Shown here one piece after another: positions 12,682 through 26,019 of a DNA stretch of 64,000 nt; the stretch's first letter is position 1; each line of letters opens with the position of its first letter. The translations under genes were made by a program, and so were the position numbers. The stretch lies in the NCBI RefSeq assembly GCF_006345805.1, contig NC_043020.1:22878001-22942000 (forward strand), read 5' to 3'. This DNA comes from Octopus sinensis (lineage: Eukaryota). Below the pieces are notes generated by a model, which saw only the letters and a program-made list of their open reading frames with translations, had not been told where the DNA came from and did no database searches.

Positions 12682-15600
12682 CTAGAGACTATATGTTCTA
12701 CTCATACAGCATTATAGATTATTAATTTTTACTCATACACACCTTCCTTACACTATACTTGCTATACACTACATATTTTACACACCAACACTATACACAT
12801 GGGAGCCGAGCCAAGCCAAGCCAATGACTGATACTCTACGTGGTCGCTTAACTTGCTAGAAACAGAAGCTGAATTTCCCCTCAAATCACATCTCGGGGTG
12901 GTGGGGGTGGGGTGGGAACTACAGGATAATGTATTCATTGTAGGTTAGACTTAAACAAGGTGGGACAGTCATGGCCGGAACACATTTGATGATAATAGGG
13001 CTGCTCAGTTATGGTTGACCCGTGGCTAAACAACTGCAACGATACTTCTATGCCTCTATGCCGCAAACTCTCACCTTCATCCTTCCCTACCCATCCATGC
13101 CACCCACCCCTCATGTTCTACTTTACACTTTGTCCGCTCCAGTCTATCTGAAGCCTATCTAATTTGCTTGTCATGAATATTTCATCATGTCTGGACGCCT
13201 GAAATAATATTGATGATGATGATGATGATAATGGTGATGATAAAGGTGATGATGGTGGTGGTGATGGTGGTGATAGCGGTGGTGGCGATGCTATCTTTTG
13301 TTTTGCTAGCAGGGCATATTTGAATATAGGCAAGTGTTACAAAAGGTGTTATAAAAACTATGTAGTTGTGCATATGGGGTTATGCACACACATACACACA
13401 CACAAACACACATTCACACATCACACACACACACACACACAGTGGTACAAAATGTATGAAGCTGGACAGAATATCAAAAATATTTTTAAGGTGGCGAGCT
13501 GGCAGAATCGTTAGCATGCCGGGCGAAATGCTTGGCGGTATTTAATCTGCCGCTATGTTCTGAGTTCAAATTCTGCCGAGGTCAACTTTGCCTTTCATCC
13601 TTTCGGGGTTGATAAATGAAGTACCAGTTACGCATTGGGGTCGATGTAATTGACTTAATCCCTTTGTCTGTCCTTGTTTGTCCCCTCTATGTTTAGTCCC
13701 CTGTGGGCAATAAAGAATATATATATTAAAAATATTTTTGTAAATTACACAAGTAAATGTATGTGCGCGCACACACACAAAACATATATACATAAAACAT
13801 ACATACACACTCAAGATCTTTAGTGAGACACCACTTTATGCATGAATGTACCTGATGTGGCCCCAGACTGCAGGGTTGATGCTACATAGTATGGTGCACA
13901 TCATTCCACCCATAAAGGCTGGATGGGTCGAAATGGCTGTTGTACAAAATAAAGTTATACCAATTCCATCTTACGCTTACATAAGCGATTATTATTATTA
14001 TTATATGTGCTTGAAATGAGGAGTAGATAGACAGTTGACAATTGATGAAGGGTCCTTTCTCTGTGTTTACTTGTCCTGTTTTCCATTTTTTTTCTCTCAT
14101 TCTTTACGAATTTCACTATATGTACACATGCCAAACTGTCGAGATAAAAACTATACACAAACTGATGATATATGGTGTATCATCATCATCGTTTAACGTC
14201 CGTTTTCCATGCTAGCATGGGTTTGATGGTTCGACCGGTGTCTGGGGAGCCAGGAGGCTGCACCAGGCTCCAGTCTGATCTGGCAGTGTTTCTACAGCTG
14301 GATGCCCTTCCTAACATCAACCACTCCGTGAATGTAGTGGGTGCTTTTTATGTGCTACCAGCACAGGTGCCAGGGAAGGTTGGTGCTTTTCACGCACCAC
14401 TAGCACAGGGCCAGAGGAGGCTGGCAAACGGCCAAGATTGGTTGGTGCTTTTACGTGTCACCGACACGGACGCCAGTAAGGCGGCACTGGCATCTGCCAC
14501 ATTCGGACGATGCTTTTTACGTGTTACTGGCACGGGTATCTTAACTACAATTCCATTTGATTTTTATTTTGATGTTGGTGTCGACGTACTTGACTCAATA
14601 GGTCTCCTCAAGAACAGCGGGTCAATCTACAATCCAAGGTTAGCACAGCAAGCCGTCCTGTGAGCCATGAACTCACTTCATTTGTCGGGTCTTCACAGTC
14701 AGAATATATCTCAGAGGTCTCGGTCTTCGTCCTTTCCTCTGTGAGACCCTATGTGCCACCGGCACGCGTATCACAACTACAATATCAATTCGATTTTATT
14801 TTAATGTTGATGTACTTGACACAATAGGTCTCCTCAAGTGCAGCAGGCCATCACAAACTAAATGGTGTGACGACACAAAACTGTAGGCCCACAGCCATAA
14901 AGACATTGAAACTGTAAACTCAAAACGGAGCTTTGTTAAAACAGTAACAAAAACTGTGTAAGGGGTGTCTGTATTTTAATCAGGTGCGTTAATCACAATT
15001 AGTATGGTTTGATAGTGTGACTTTAATAATGCGACTGATAATGAGAACAAGATAGGGGACTTTGTTTTGAGCAGATAGTAAGAGTACAATACAATTCTAA
15101 TTAGAGTCAAATGATCTTGTTTTGTTTTGTTTATAATTATTTTTCTTTTACTAAATACTAATTGAATTTCTGTTGTAACAACAACAACAACAATGACGAT
15201 TTTATTTGTGGAATTCTTCAGTTTGAGAGGTAAACATTCTAGGTAGACGGGTCAATCAGAATGGAATTAGGGGTGTTTTAGGGTTTTTGGCGTTTACATT
15301 GGGGTTTGTTTGAATTTTGATTTTCTTCAACCCTCAAGTTATCTGTTGTCTTTTACTTGTTTCAGTCATTTGACTGTGGCCATGCTGGAGCACCGACTTG
15401 AAGAATTTTTGCTTCAATGAATTGACACCGCCCCCGCAATACTTATTTAATTTTTTTTAAAGCCTGGTACTAATTCCATTGGTCCCCTTTTGCTGAACCA
15501 CTAAGCTATGGAGACGTAAACATACCGACATCGGTTGTCAAGCAGTGTGGGGAGAGGTAGACACAAAGATGCACATATAGTAGAAACCTCATGCCCAAGG

Positions 15601-15705
15601 TACTACACAGTGGGACTCGTGTATATATATGTGTGTGTGTATATATATATATGTATATATATATAATAAATCTCTGAACGAGGTATAAACAGTAACTGCA
15701 CGACA

Positions 15706-15902
15706 ATGTGAGGTATACGTGCCATCTCAATATGGCTAACCACTAAGGGTGGGTGTTACTGTAGCTTGTAGCCCCAGGAAAACATCGTCTCCAGAAAGTG
15801 TGCCTAAAGCCAGGTGGAGATGATGTTCTCCTGGGGCTACAAGCTACAGTAACACCCACCCTTAGTGGTTAGCCATATTTAGATGGCACGTATACCTCAC
15901 AT
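15706..15902. mobile_element. Fold-back/MITE palindrome
   Basis: Two ~85-bp arms, ATGTGAGGTATACGTGCCATC.../...GATGGCACGTATACCTCACAT. Confidence 0.75.
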
Positions 15903-16074
15903 ATATATATATATATTTTGATAGAAATGGCAAACACGATTACTATGAACATTTTTACTCCCTCCTCTTACTTAACGGTCATTCTAATAGCTCTTTCATC
16001 TTAATAATGGTCAACCACACAGTAATTTCCCTTTGTTTTAACGGTCATTTTCGTAGCATTTTTTTCGATGGCCA

Positions 16075-16135
16075 GATAACTGAACAAATGGCGGCATGGG
16101 TTTCCGCCCTGACATCCGAAATTTGGAGTTTTATC
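16075..16135 (+). ncRNA. Degenerate hammerhead-like motif (family C)
   Basis: GATAA-CTGAACA-...CATCC-GAAA-tttggag-TT-TTATC; homologous to 55272-55332. Confidence 0.45.
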
Positions 16136-16803
16136 ATGGCTACCAAATAATTGTCACATATTACATTTACATATATATATATACACATACACACACATAT
16201 ATATATCGTTGCTATTATGTTAAACTGTCATATGTCCAAATTTGGCCAAATGCATTTTTTTTTCAATATTAAATTTTCCTACCAATAACTGGTTCTTTTG
16301 GCCAAACTATCGTATCTCCAGCTGCTTCAGATGCCAAGATATCAAAAGATGTCAAAGTGTAGTACAACCGCTTTACAATTGAATGGCGAAACTATTTTTT
16401 CAGCTTTTGAAAAAAGAACATTTTGGACTTACAACACTTTTGCATTATAGCAACGCTGTGTATATGAATGATGATTATGATATATATATATGTGTGTGTA
16501 CATATTTGTAATCTTCGTGTGTGTGTGTTTTATGTCTGTGTTTCCCCCTCCTCTGCTGCCACTTGACACCCGGTGTTGGTGTGTTTACACCCCTGTAAGT
16601 TAGTGGTTTGGCGAAAGAGCCCAATTGAATAAGAACCAGGTTAAAGGAAAAAGGGTATTAGGGGTGTTGATTCACTTGACTAGAATTCTTCAAGGCGCTA
16701 CCCAAGAAGACAACGTAAAGTGTAGATATTATGTATACACACACACACACACACACATTCTGTCTGTATAAATATTAACACCCCTCCCCAATTCCATACA
16801 CAT

Positions 16804-17217
16804 CTCTTTTACTCTTTTACTTGTTTCAGTCATTTTGACTGCGGCCATGCTGGAGCACCGCCTTTTTAGTCGAGCAACTCGACCCCGGGACTTATTCTTT
16901 GTAAGCCCAGTACTTATTCTATCGGTCTCTTTTGCCGAACCGCTAAGTGACGGGGACGTAAACACACCAGCATCGGTTGTCAAGCAATGCTAGGGGAACA
17001 AACACAGACACACAAACACATACACACACATACATATATATATACATATATACGACAGTCTTCTTTCAGTTTCCGTCTACCAAATCCACTCACAGGGCTT
17101 TGGTCGGCCCGAGGCTATAGTAGAAGACACTTGCCCAAGGTGCCACGCAGTGGGACTGAACCCAGAACCATGTGGTTGGTAAACAAGCTACTTACCACAC
17201 AGCCACTCCTGCGCCTA
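16804..17217 (-). mobile_element. SINE family 1
   Basis: Near full-length copy of 1921-2315. Confidence 0.85.
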
Positions 17218-17555
17218 CATTCTGCACACAATACATTGGCACACACCCTTAAATCTTCCCCCACATTTATAAGCACACGTCAGCACACACGCTTGCCCCA
17301 TACATATTCATCATACATGCACATTCTGCGCACATGATGCATTGACACGTACATACCCTTAAACCTCCCTCATATTTCTAGGCACACATCTGCACACACA
17401 CACGTGCGCACACACATCATACACAACTCACACATGCACACACACTAGCATAGAATGGAGTCCAAAGTTATATTTCATTTAGCTTAATTTCATTTTCAGT
17501 TTTTTTCTCCCTTTTCCATTTTCTAATATATTATTCATTTTTCCTATCTCACCAC

Positions 17556-17586
<31 letters not shown>

Positions 17587-17604
17587 GCGAGAGAGAGATA
17601 GAGA

Positions 17605-17653
<49 letters not shown>

Positions 17654-19743
17654 GGTAGAGAGAGCTATTTCAGTCATAGGATCATTGTTCTCCGCATGAA
17701 TAAAGAACCTAATGTCACAACAAAAGTAGTCCTGTTTCAGCTTTATTGTTTTATTGCGAAATGGCTGGAGGTTTTCAGCACTTACAGAGGAAACATCTGG
17801 TTACATTATGACGAAACACTACACCGGAACATTCACATACCACACGTGCGCACATACACAGACACCACATTCAAACTGTTCATGACTGGCTACGGTTTTC
17901 TCTTTTTGTCTATGAAAGCCATTCGCAGGGCTGGGCTTGTAGTAGGGGACTCTTACCATAGGTCCCATGTAGATTGAACTTGAAATCACGTGTGTTGGGG
18001 AATGGACTTACTAACCACAGAACCATACCTGTACCTTATGTTATATATATATATATATATATATATATTATCAATAATAATAAAGGGTAAAATTAATTAA
18101 TTAATTAATAATTAATAATTCCACCAAGTAGTATTTGGCATGTTAAAAAGACCATTTTCGGTAAACTTAAACAATATTTTTTATAATTATCAGTATATTG
18201 AAAAAAAAAATTATATATACGTGCCCCAGCATGGCCACAGCTCATGAGCTGAAACTGGAATCAATCAATCAATCAATCAAGACTTTTTTACTTCCCAAGC
18301 ATAATACTAATACATCTGTTTGTTGTCTACACCACCTGTCTTCATCTTTTTTTTTTTCGGGAATTCTCCCCCTATATATATATATACACACACATTGGCA
18401 CATATACCGGATTCATTCTTGTTGCTTATTTTGATTATAATCACCCCGCGGATTTTTATGGATAACACCATACAGAATTCTGGTGCATCTAAATTAAGTA
18501 CCATATTCATTTGAATCTAATTTTGGGCTGAACTTATATATATATATATACTCTGCTGTTATTTGTTTGATCAACAAAAGAAGCGCTCCATCCATCGAGA
18601 GACAAATATCATTTAATAAACACAGAATTAACTGTGAGCAAATATAAATTTCATGTTCTGATAGTACGTGAGCCAGCTAAGCTTGTACATCATGCCTAGT
18701 TCTGGCCCACAATATTTCAGGCTCAAGCTGCTCACCTGGGAAATGCGTACCTTTACTTAATTTACTCTGTTTTCTCTTCTTTTTCACTGCTTCGTAGAGA
18801 CCACCTATGTTTTATTTTGTACTATTTGAGACAAACTTTGTCGTGAACGACATGTTTTTAATCAAAAATAGCCGATCGATATCCCAATTGATATCATTTC
18901 ACATGCGAAGGGCTTGGCTCGCAGCAAGGATGACCCACTCACCCTAAATGCAATAACTGCACTTTCTGTTTCAACATCTTCAACCCCACCTGGTACCTTA
19001 ATGATGCTTTGCAAAAAAATTTCACCAGCTTTTAAACAATCAAAGTTACTCTTAATAACGTTGGTATGTATGTATGTATGTATATGTGTATATATAAAAT
19101 CAAAATCGAAATCGATCAACATCAATGGAAATTGTAGCTGTGATACCAGTGGCGGTGGCATGTAAGAGAACCATCCGAACATGGCTGTTGCCAATGCTGC
19201 CCCGACTGGCCTTCGTGCCAGTGGCACGTAAAAAGCGCCATCCAATCGTGGCCGTTTACCAGCCTTGTCTGGCACCTGTGCCGGTGGCATGTAAAAAGCA
19301 CCCACTACACTCACTGAGTGGTTGGCGTTAGGAAGGGCATCCAGCTGTAGAAACACTGCCAGATCAGACTGGAGCCTAGTGCAGCCATCTGGCTTCCCAG
19401 ATCCCAGTTGAACCGGCCAAACCATTCTAGCATGGAAAGCGGATGTTAAACGATGATGATGATGATGATATGTGTATGTGGAGGTATGTGACTATGGATC
19501 TGTGTATGTAAATATACATATTTGTGTGTTTATATTTTATATATGGACATACACGTATTGTATGTGTGTGTGTGTGTGTGTGTACTACCACCCCACTTGT
19601 GTGTATGAGCTATTTTCCTTTGGCCCATCATGTGATCATCTGAAGTGTTGTTGAGAATAGGTTAAAGGTTGTGTTCTAATCTACAGATATTTGTCAGGAC
19701 TGACTTGTTGACTAGCTGACTCTGTGGTTCACACATGGTGTCA

Positions 19744-19822
<79 letters not shown>

Positions 19823-20585
19823 TTAAACTGGTGTCCTGTTTATGTATATAATGGTGTGGTGTCATGCCTATATATGTATGTATAGAATGCTCTAGGTAAT
19901 TGAATGCATATTAGAATAACCAGGAAAAAGATCTGAAATAGGAAAAAAAAATTACAATACACTTTTAGAAAAATGGCACTAAGGTCAGAGGTTATTCAAT
20001 AGAACTCCCTTCAAGTGCATCAGTGGTATTCATAGCCCCCTGGTCAACCAAAACCTTGTGACTGGATTTGGTTGAGGGAAATTGAAAGAAGCTTCTTTTG
20101 TGTGTGGTGTGTGTGTGTGTGTGTGTACTTTAAGACTCACCTCCCTCTTTCTTTCTCTATCTCTGTCAAAAAAGAGAAGCCATACATTCATCTCTTCAGC
20201 AAGAAACCTGCTCCTGTCCCTCTATTATACATTGATATCCCTCAGTACTATACCCCACTCAGTTAATGGAGTCTTTCAGGTACTTGGTGACCGCACTAGT
20301 GCTTGTGCCAGGAAAACAGCACCCAGTACAATCTGTGAAGGGGTTGGCATTAGGAAGGGCATCCATCTGTAGAAACCATGCCAAAGTAGACATTGGAGCT
20401 TGATGCAACCCTCTGCCTCATTACTTCCTGTTGAGCCATCCAGCCCATGCCTACATGATGAGATATTAAGCGATGATGATATAATCATTATTGTAACCAC
20501 ATCATGAGAGCTATTTAAACACATGCAGTCATGGTAACTATTTAAACACACACACATACACACACACACACATGCACACATACAC

Positions 20586-20619
<34 letters not shown>

Positions 20620-21296
20620 TGCACACATAGTGTTGATCTTTGTTGCATTCTATAAATGGTAACGTCAGCACATGTCTTGTCTATCTTCCTCATGATCAAA
20701 GACCTATCAGTGATCAGGTGGAATATAAAGGAAGCCTTAGTTATTTAAATACTGTAAATTGTTTCATAGTTTCAATATGTATATATCTCCCAGATGAGCT
20801 TTCCTCTCATGTAAGTACAACTCAGTTCTTTGTGTGTATGTGTGTGTGTGTGTGTATATCTGGCACGTGCCATAAAGAAACACTCAAGGTAGCCATTGGC
20901 TTTTGTAAAATAATTTGTCACTGGGGAACATCTTCAAAAATATTTTTAGTTGTCTTGATTTTTACAAATATTCCTGTCTAATTTGATGGTGCTGAGTTCG
21001 GAAATACTCGCAGGAATTTTCTGTCATGCTCTTTTACTCCTTTCAGTCATTTGACTGTGGCCATTCTGGAGCTCCGCCTTTAGTCGAGCAAATCGACCCC
21101 AGGACTTATTCTTTGTAAGCCTAGTACTTATTCTGTCGGTCTCTTTTGCTGAACCGCTAATTTACAGGGACGTAAACACACCAGCATCAGTTGTCAAGCG
21201 ATGTTGGGGGCACAAATACAGACACACAAACATATACACATACGTACATATATATATATATATATACACACAACGGGCTTCTTTCAGTTTCCGTCT

Positions 21297-21773
21297 TTCA
21301 ATTAAGATGCCCAGTCTCTCAGCTATCTGGCGACATGATATTCGATGATCTTGCATTATCATACCAAGAACAAGGTCAATGTTGTCCTCGGTGGTTGCAG
21401 TTGGAGGCCTCCCTGGTGTGGGATCATCTTCCACACACTCCTTGCCATGCTGGAATTCATTTACCCAGCGTTTGACTGTTGCATATGAAAGAGCATTGTC
21501 TGCTAAGGTTCTCACCATATCTCCATGGATTTCTGACCGAGTCATGCCTTTCAAATGAAGGTACTTTATGACAGCACGATACCCAGTTTTCTCCATTTCC
21601 CTTGTAACCTCGACACTTGTTCAAAAATCTCTAACAAAAAATAAATTAAAACATCAGAATCATGAAAATGAGCAAAAATACTCTGAAAAGACTGTACTTA
21701 CCAGAAAAAATTGTTTCAGCTACCTAGCAGCCCTGTTTCTAGGTTAGGCTCAAAACTTTTCATACACCCCTTG
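21297..21773 (-). mobile_element. Mariner (Tc1/mariner) 5' fragment with truncated transposase
   Basis: Left end TA|CAAGGGGTGTATGAAAAGTTTTGAGCCT at 21773. ORF from 21596, MEKTGYRAVIKYLHLKGMT...TVKRWVNEFQHGKECVEDDPTPGRPPTATT...IAERLGI, is a mariner N-terminal HTH region. Confidence 0.9.
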
Positions 21774-21893
21774 TATATATATATATATAAAGTTAATCCA
21801 AACATGAAAACACAAAGAGAAAACACAACAATGCGAGGATGTGGAACAAGTATAGTGTTATTGGACACTCAGGAAAGGAAGGAAAGAAGGAGG

Positions 21894-21928
21894 ATTTAAT
21901 GTTTCGAGCGGAGCTCTTTGTCAGATAC
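21894..21928 (-). ncRNA. Minimal hammerhead-like motif (family A2), degenerate
   Basis: Minus strand GTAT-CTGACAA-A-GAGC(tcc)GCTC-GAAA-CA-TT-AAAT. Confidence 0.5.
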
Positions 21929-22053
21929 ATAGGAAAAGGAAAGAAGGAAGAAAAAAATAGCCATGCTTCTTTCAGTTTCTATCTACCAAATCCACTCACA
22001 AGCTTCTTACCACACGGCCACTCCTGTACCCACAAAAGACATTCTTTCTGATA

Positions 22054-22122
<69 letters not shown>

Positions 22123-23397
22123 CACACATTACATATAGTTCTCCTGTCATGTAAAAACAATTCTGATCTGTGTATGTGTGTGTGTGTGCTTGCTGCACAC
22201 TCAAGGTAGCTATAGGCTTTTATAAAATAATTTGTCAAGAAAAGGCCTTATATGTTTGTTATATACATCAGCATGAAAATACTGCAACAGCAATACATAA
22301 GTAGGCTAAGGCAGGCATTACACATACATGCAAATAGAACCAGACGCTCACATGCATAAACAGAGAGAGAAAGAGAATAGGAGGAGGGTTGAACTGAGGG
22401 GAACATTAAAAACACTTGATGTTGAATGAGTCAGTGTTGAATTAAATGATGTCAAACAGGTGGCATAAAACGGCTGTGCTGAAATGGTTCATATTCTGGT
22501 AGGAGACAGTGATAGGAACTGGAATTAGGTCTCAGAATGCAAGAACGGAAAAGATCCCAGGATGTGTGTACCACAAAGCAACATGTTCTTCTCCACTCTT
22601 AACAATTCCACCATTCCATTGTTCTTGACTGCTAATTTATCCCAGCCCCTGCTGCTGCTGAAAGAGAAGTAAAAAAAAAACATGTGGCTGTGGTAAGAAG
22701 CTTGCTTTCCCAACTACATGGTTCTTGGTTCAGTCCCACTGCATGTCACCTCGGGCAAGTATCTTCTACTACAGCCTCGGGTCAACCAAAGCCTTGTTTG
22801 TGGATTTGGTAGACAGAAACTGAAAGAAGCCTGTCATGTGTGTATATATATATGTATATATATATGTATATACATATATATATATATATACACATATATA
22901 TATATAGGCCACAGTTAAATGACCGAAGCCAAAAAAAAAAAGAAAATCCCATAAAAAAACAAACAAACAAGCAAGCAAAAGGTAAAGACAACCTCAGTGA
23001 GATTTGAACTCTGAGCTCAGAGCACTGAAACAAACATCACCAGTCATTCTATCCAATGACCTAATTCCCTGGCTGACCGTTGTTATTGTTGTTATTGTTA
23101 GTGTCTATATCTCAGCAAAATATTGTTTGTTTGATATGAACATTTTCCTTATCAGCTTTTGTAATTGATAAATTCCTCAGACTGCAGACTATGCTATCCG
23201 GAATGATCTTTGTTCACCCACAAGTATGTCATCTTCATCACTTGTTCTCTGTTATCTCTCAATAGTGCCATACTGGCCGGATCGGTTGAGCATCAGACAA
23301 AATCATTTGTGCCTTTCCTTGTGTTTGAAATTCCACCAAGGGCAATATGGTTTTCCGATCCCTCTGCGAGGGAAGTATTATGTAAAGGAAGTAAAAG

Positions 23398-23715
23398 TAA
23401 GATACATGTAGCCTCGTTTACCACTGTTTGTGATTCATTCATCACAGAAATAGGATACGTGTAGCCTCATTTATCACTGATTGTGATTCATCACAGAAAT
23501 AAGATACGTGTAGCCTTGTTTATTACTGATTGTGATTCATTCATCACAGAAATAAGATACATGTAGCCTCGTTTATCACTGATTGTGATTCATCACAGAA
23601 ATAAGATACATGTAGCCTCATTTATCACTGATTGTGATTCATTCATCACAGAAATAAGATACGTGTAGCCTCGTTTATCACTGATTGTGATTCATTCATC
23701 ATAGAAATAAGATAC
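23398..23715. repeat. 53/49-bp tandem repeat, 6 units
   Basis: GATAC at 23401, 23454, 23503, 23556, 23605, 23658 and 23711. Confidence 0.95.
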
Positions 23716-25042
23716 TGTCTTGTTGCTTAACAACAACAACACTAGAACTATGTGAAATGAAGTGTTTTGTTCAAGAACACAACACACTACCCAGTTCAGG
23801 AATTGAACCCATGATCTGATGATCGGGAATGCAACACCCTTACCATTAGGCCATACACATACTTGCAACTCAAAGCACCCTCACCTCATCTATTAGCCAC
23901 CTCTACCCCCCCCCCCATCCCTGTAACTTTTGATGTTGTTCCCGTTCAGATTGTCCCATAATACACCTGTTGTTAATTAATGCTTAAATTGACTAATTGC
24001 TCCCCGGTACCTTGAAAATAATTATAAATTCATTAGTTTTTTTGCTTCTTAATTGACTGATAAAATGTAATTGCTTTATGTGAAGTCTTTTTAACCCTAG
24101 GTACTTCATGGTTAGACAGGAATAGGATTAAAGGTATTTCGGGTATAACCATCCTGTTCTTTTACTTAGGCATAATGTATCTAAGAGTACATCGTTTAAT
24201 ATATTTATTGACACCTGGTCAGTGTTGACCCTGTAGCTCTATATCACAGGTGTTCTGTCCAGCCGTGACCACCCTGTCTTTTATTCAGGTACAATGTATC
24301 TAAGAGTATTTTGTTTAGTGATTTCCTTAGTGTTTAATCCAGGTTTGCTTTGACCCTTAGTCACGTGTTCCTTCCAGTCATGACCATCCCATCTTATATT
24401 CAGACAAAGTATATCTAAAGAGTACATATTTAATGTGTTTAGGCCTTGGACCTGCAAATCTATATCCCAGGTGTTCCATCCAGCTGTGACCACCGTCTTT
24501 TATTCAGGCACAGTGTATCTAGGAGTATTTTGTTTTGTGTGTTGACTTTCTCATGTGGTCTAGTGGTTAGGATTCCTAGCTGTCACCTGGTCAGCCCAGG
24601 TTCAATTTCTGGCATGAAAATGCATGTTTTTTTGTTGTTGTTACACACTCTTAAGTGGTTGCCATTAGGAAGGGCATCCAGCTGTAGAAACCATGCCACA
24701 ACAAACAGCTGGAGCCTGGACAGCTCGCAGCTGGTCAGCTCCATCTCAAACTGTCTGACCGATGCCAGCATGGAGACCAGATGTTAAACGATGATGGTGC
24801 TATTCCTTATTGCTGAATTCAGGTTTGCTTCCAGTCATGACCATCCCATCTGATATTCAGACATAGTGTATCTAGGACCACATTGTGCACTGTATTCTTA
24901 CCTGGTTGACCCTCATCCAGCAGGTCTGTGGTCAAAAGTGCTCCAGCTGTGACCGTTCCATTTTTCATTCAGGCATAGTGTATCTAAGATTGCAATGATC
25001 ACAAGCGTTCCATTTGTGACCATTCCATTGTTTATTCCGGCA

Positions 25043-25109
<67 letters not shown>

Positions 25110-25198
25110 TAATCCAAACATGAAAGCACAAAAAAACACAACACGAGGACGTGGAACAAATATAGTGTTATTGGACGCTCAGGAAGGAAAGAAGGAGG

Positions 25199-25233
25199 GT
25201 TTAACGTTTCGAGCGGAGCTCTTCGTCGGAAAC
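25199..25233 (-). ncRNA. Minimal hammerhead-like motif (family A2) in repeat ~25105-25330
   Basis: Minus strand GTTT-CCGACGA-A-GAGC(tcc)GCTC-GAAA-CG-TT-AAAC; all stems pair. Confidence 0.6.
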
Positions 25234-25971
25234 ATAGGAGAAGGGAAGACGGAGGAAAAAAAATCGGCAACGGTACACACGCGGTCACATTTTGAATGAC
25301 CGGAAGGAAATGGGTGAAGAAAAGTTCTTTCAAAGACAGGAGAGTGCAAGAGGAGGTATGTGTGTGTAAGTGTGGATATGTGCGTGCACGAAGGTCTGCG
25401 TGTGTGTGTATGTGTGCAATGATAACATGTGTGTACATGTGTGTGTGTGATTGTGGCTGTTAATCTTTGTGTGTTGTAGGGCTTAGTATTGTTTAAGGTC
25501 AGGGAAGAAGGAATTGGGAGTGGCTCTTTTGTCTCTACCCCTGGTCAGTAGTAGGTAGTGCTAGATGTATGCATTTATGTGCATGTAGCTGTATGTGTTT
25601 GTCCCCCACTACTGCTTGATAACCATTGTTGGTTTGTTTACGTCCCCATCACTTAGCAGTTCAGCAAAAGAGACTTGATAAAATAAGTACCAAGCTCAAA
25701 ACATAAGTACTGGGGTTGATTACTTGGACTAAACTCTTCAAGGCGGTGCTCCAGCATGGCCACAGACTGAAACGATAAAAAAAAAAGGATGTGTTCATTT
25801 TTTACGGTATGTTCACCGATTCCATTTGTCTTGTGTTCTCTTGCCCCCCCCTCTTTTTTTCCAATCTTATGATTGTCAACCATTTTGTGATCGGAAGAAT
25901 ATTTTATTTGGATTAATTGAATTTCTAGAAAACGGAAGCGGAATGACGTGAGCAAAGAGAAAAACAAACTC

Positions 25972-26019
<48 letters not shown>

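Noticed and set aside
13118-13198. ASRHDEIFMTSKLDRLQIDW resembling aldo-keto reductase motifs
   Set aside because: Spacing between the two motif-like parts is far too short and no other AKR exons were found.
5150-20810. Plus-strand micro-exon candidates 5150-5171 (PIEDENW), ~8447-8461 (TIVT) and 20794-20810 (ELSSH)
   Set aside because: Too short to recognise, phases do not chain, and such AG/GT pairs arise by chance.
23135-23184. Minus-strand CTGAGGA-A-TTTATCA...TGATAAG-GAAA hammerhead-like string
   Set aside because: Stem II and the core are present but stem I does not pair; probably chance in AT-rich DNA.
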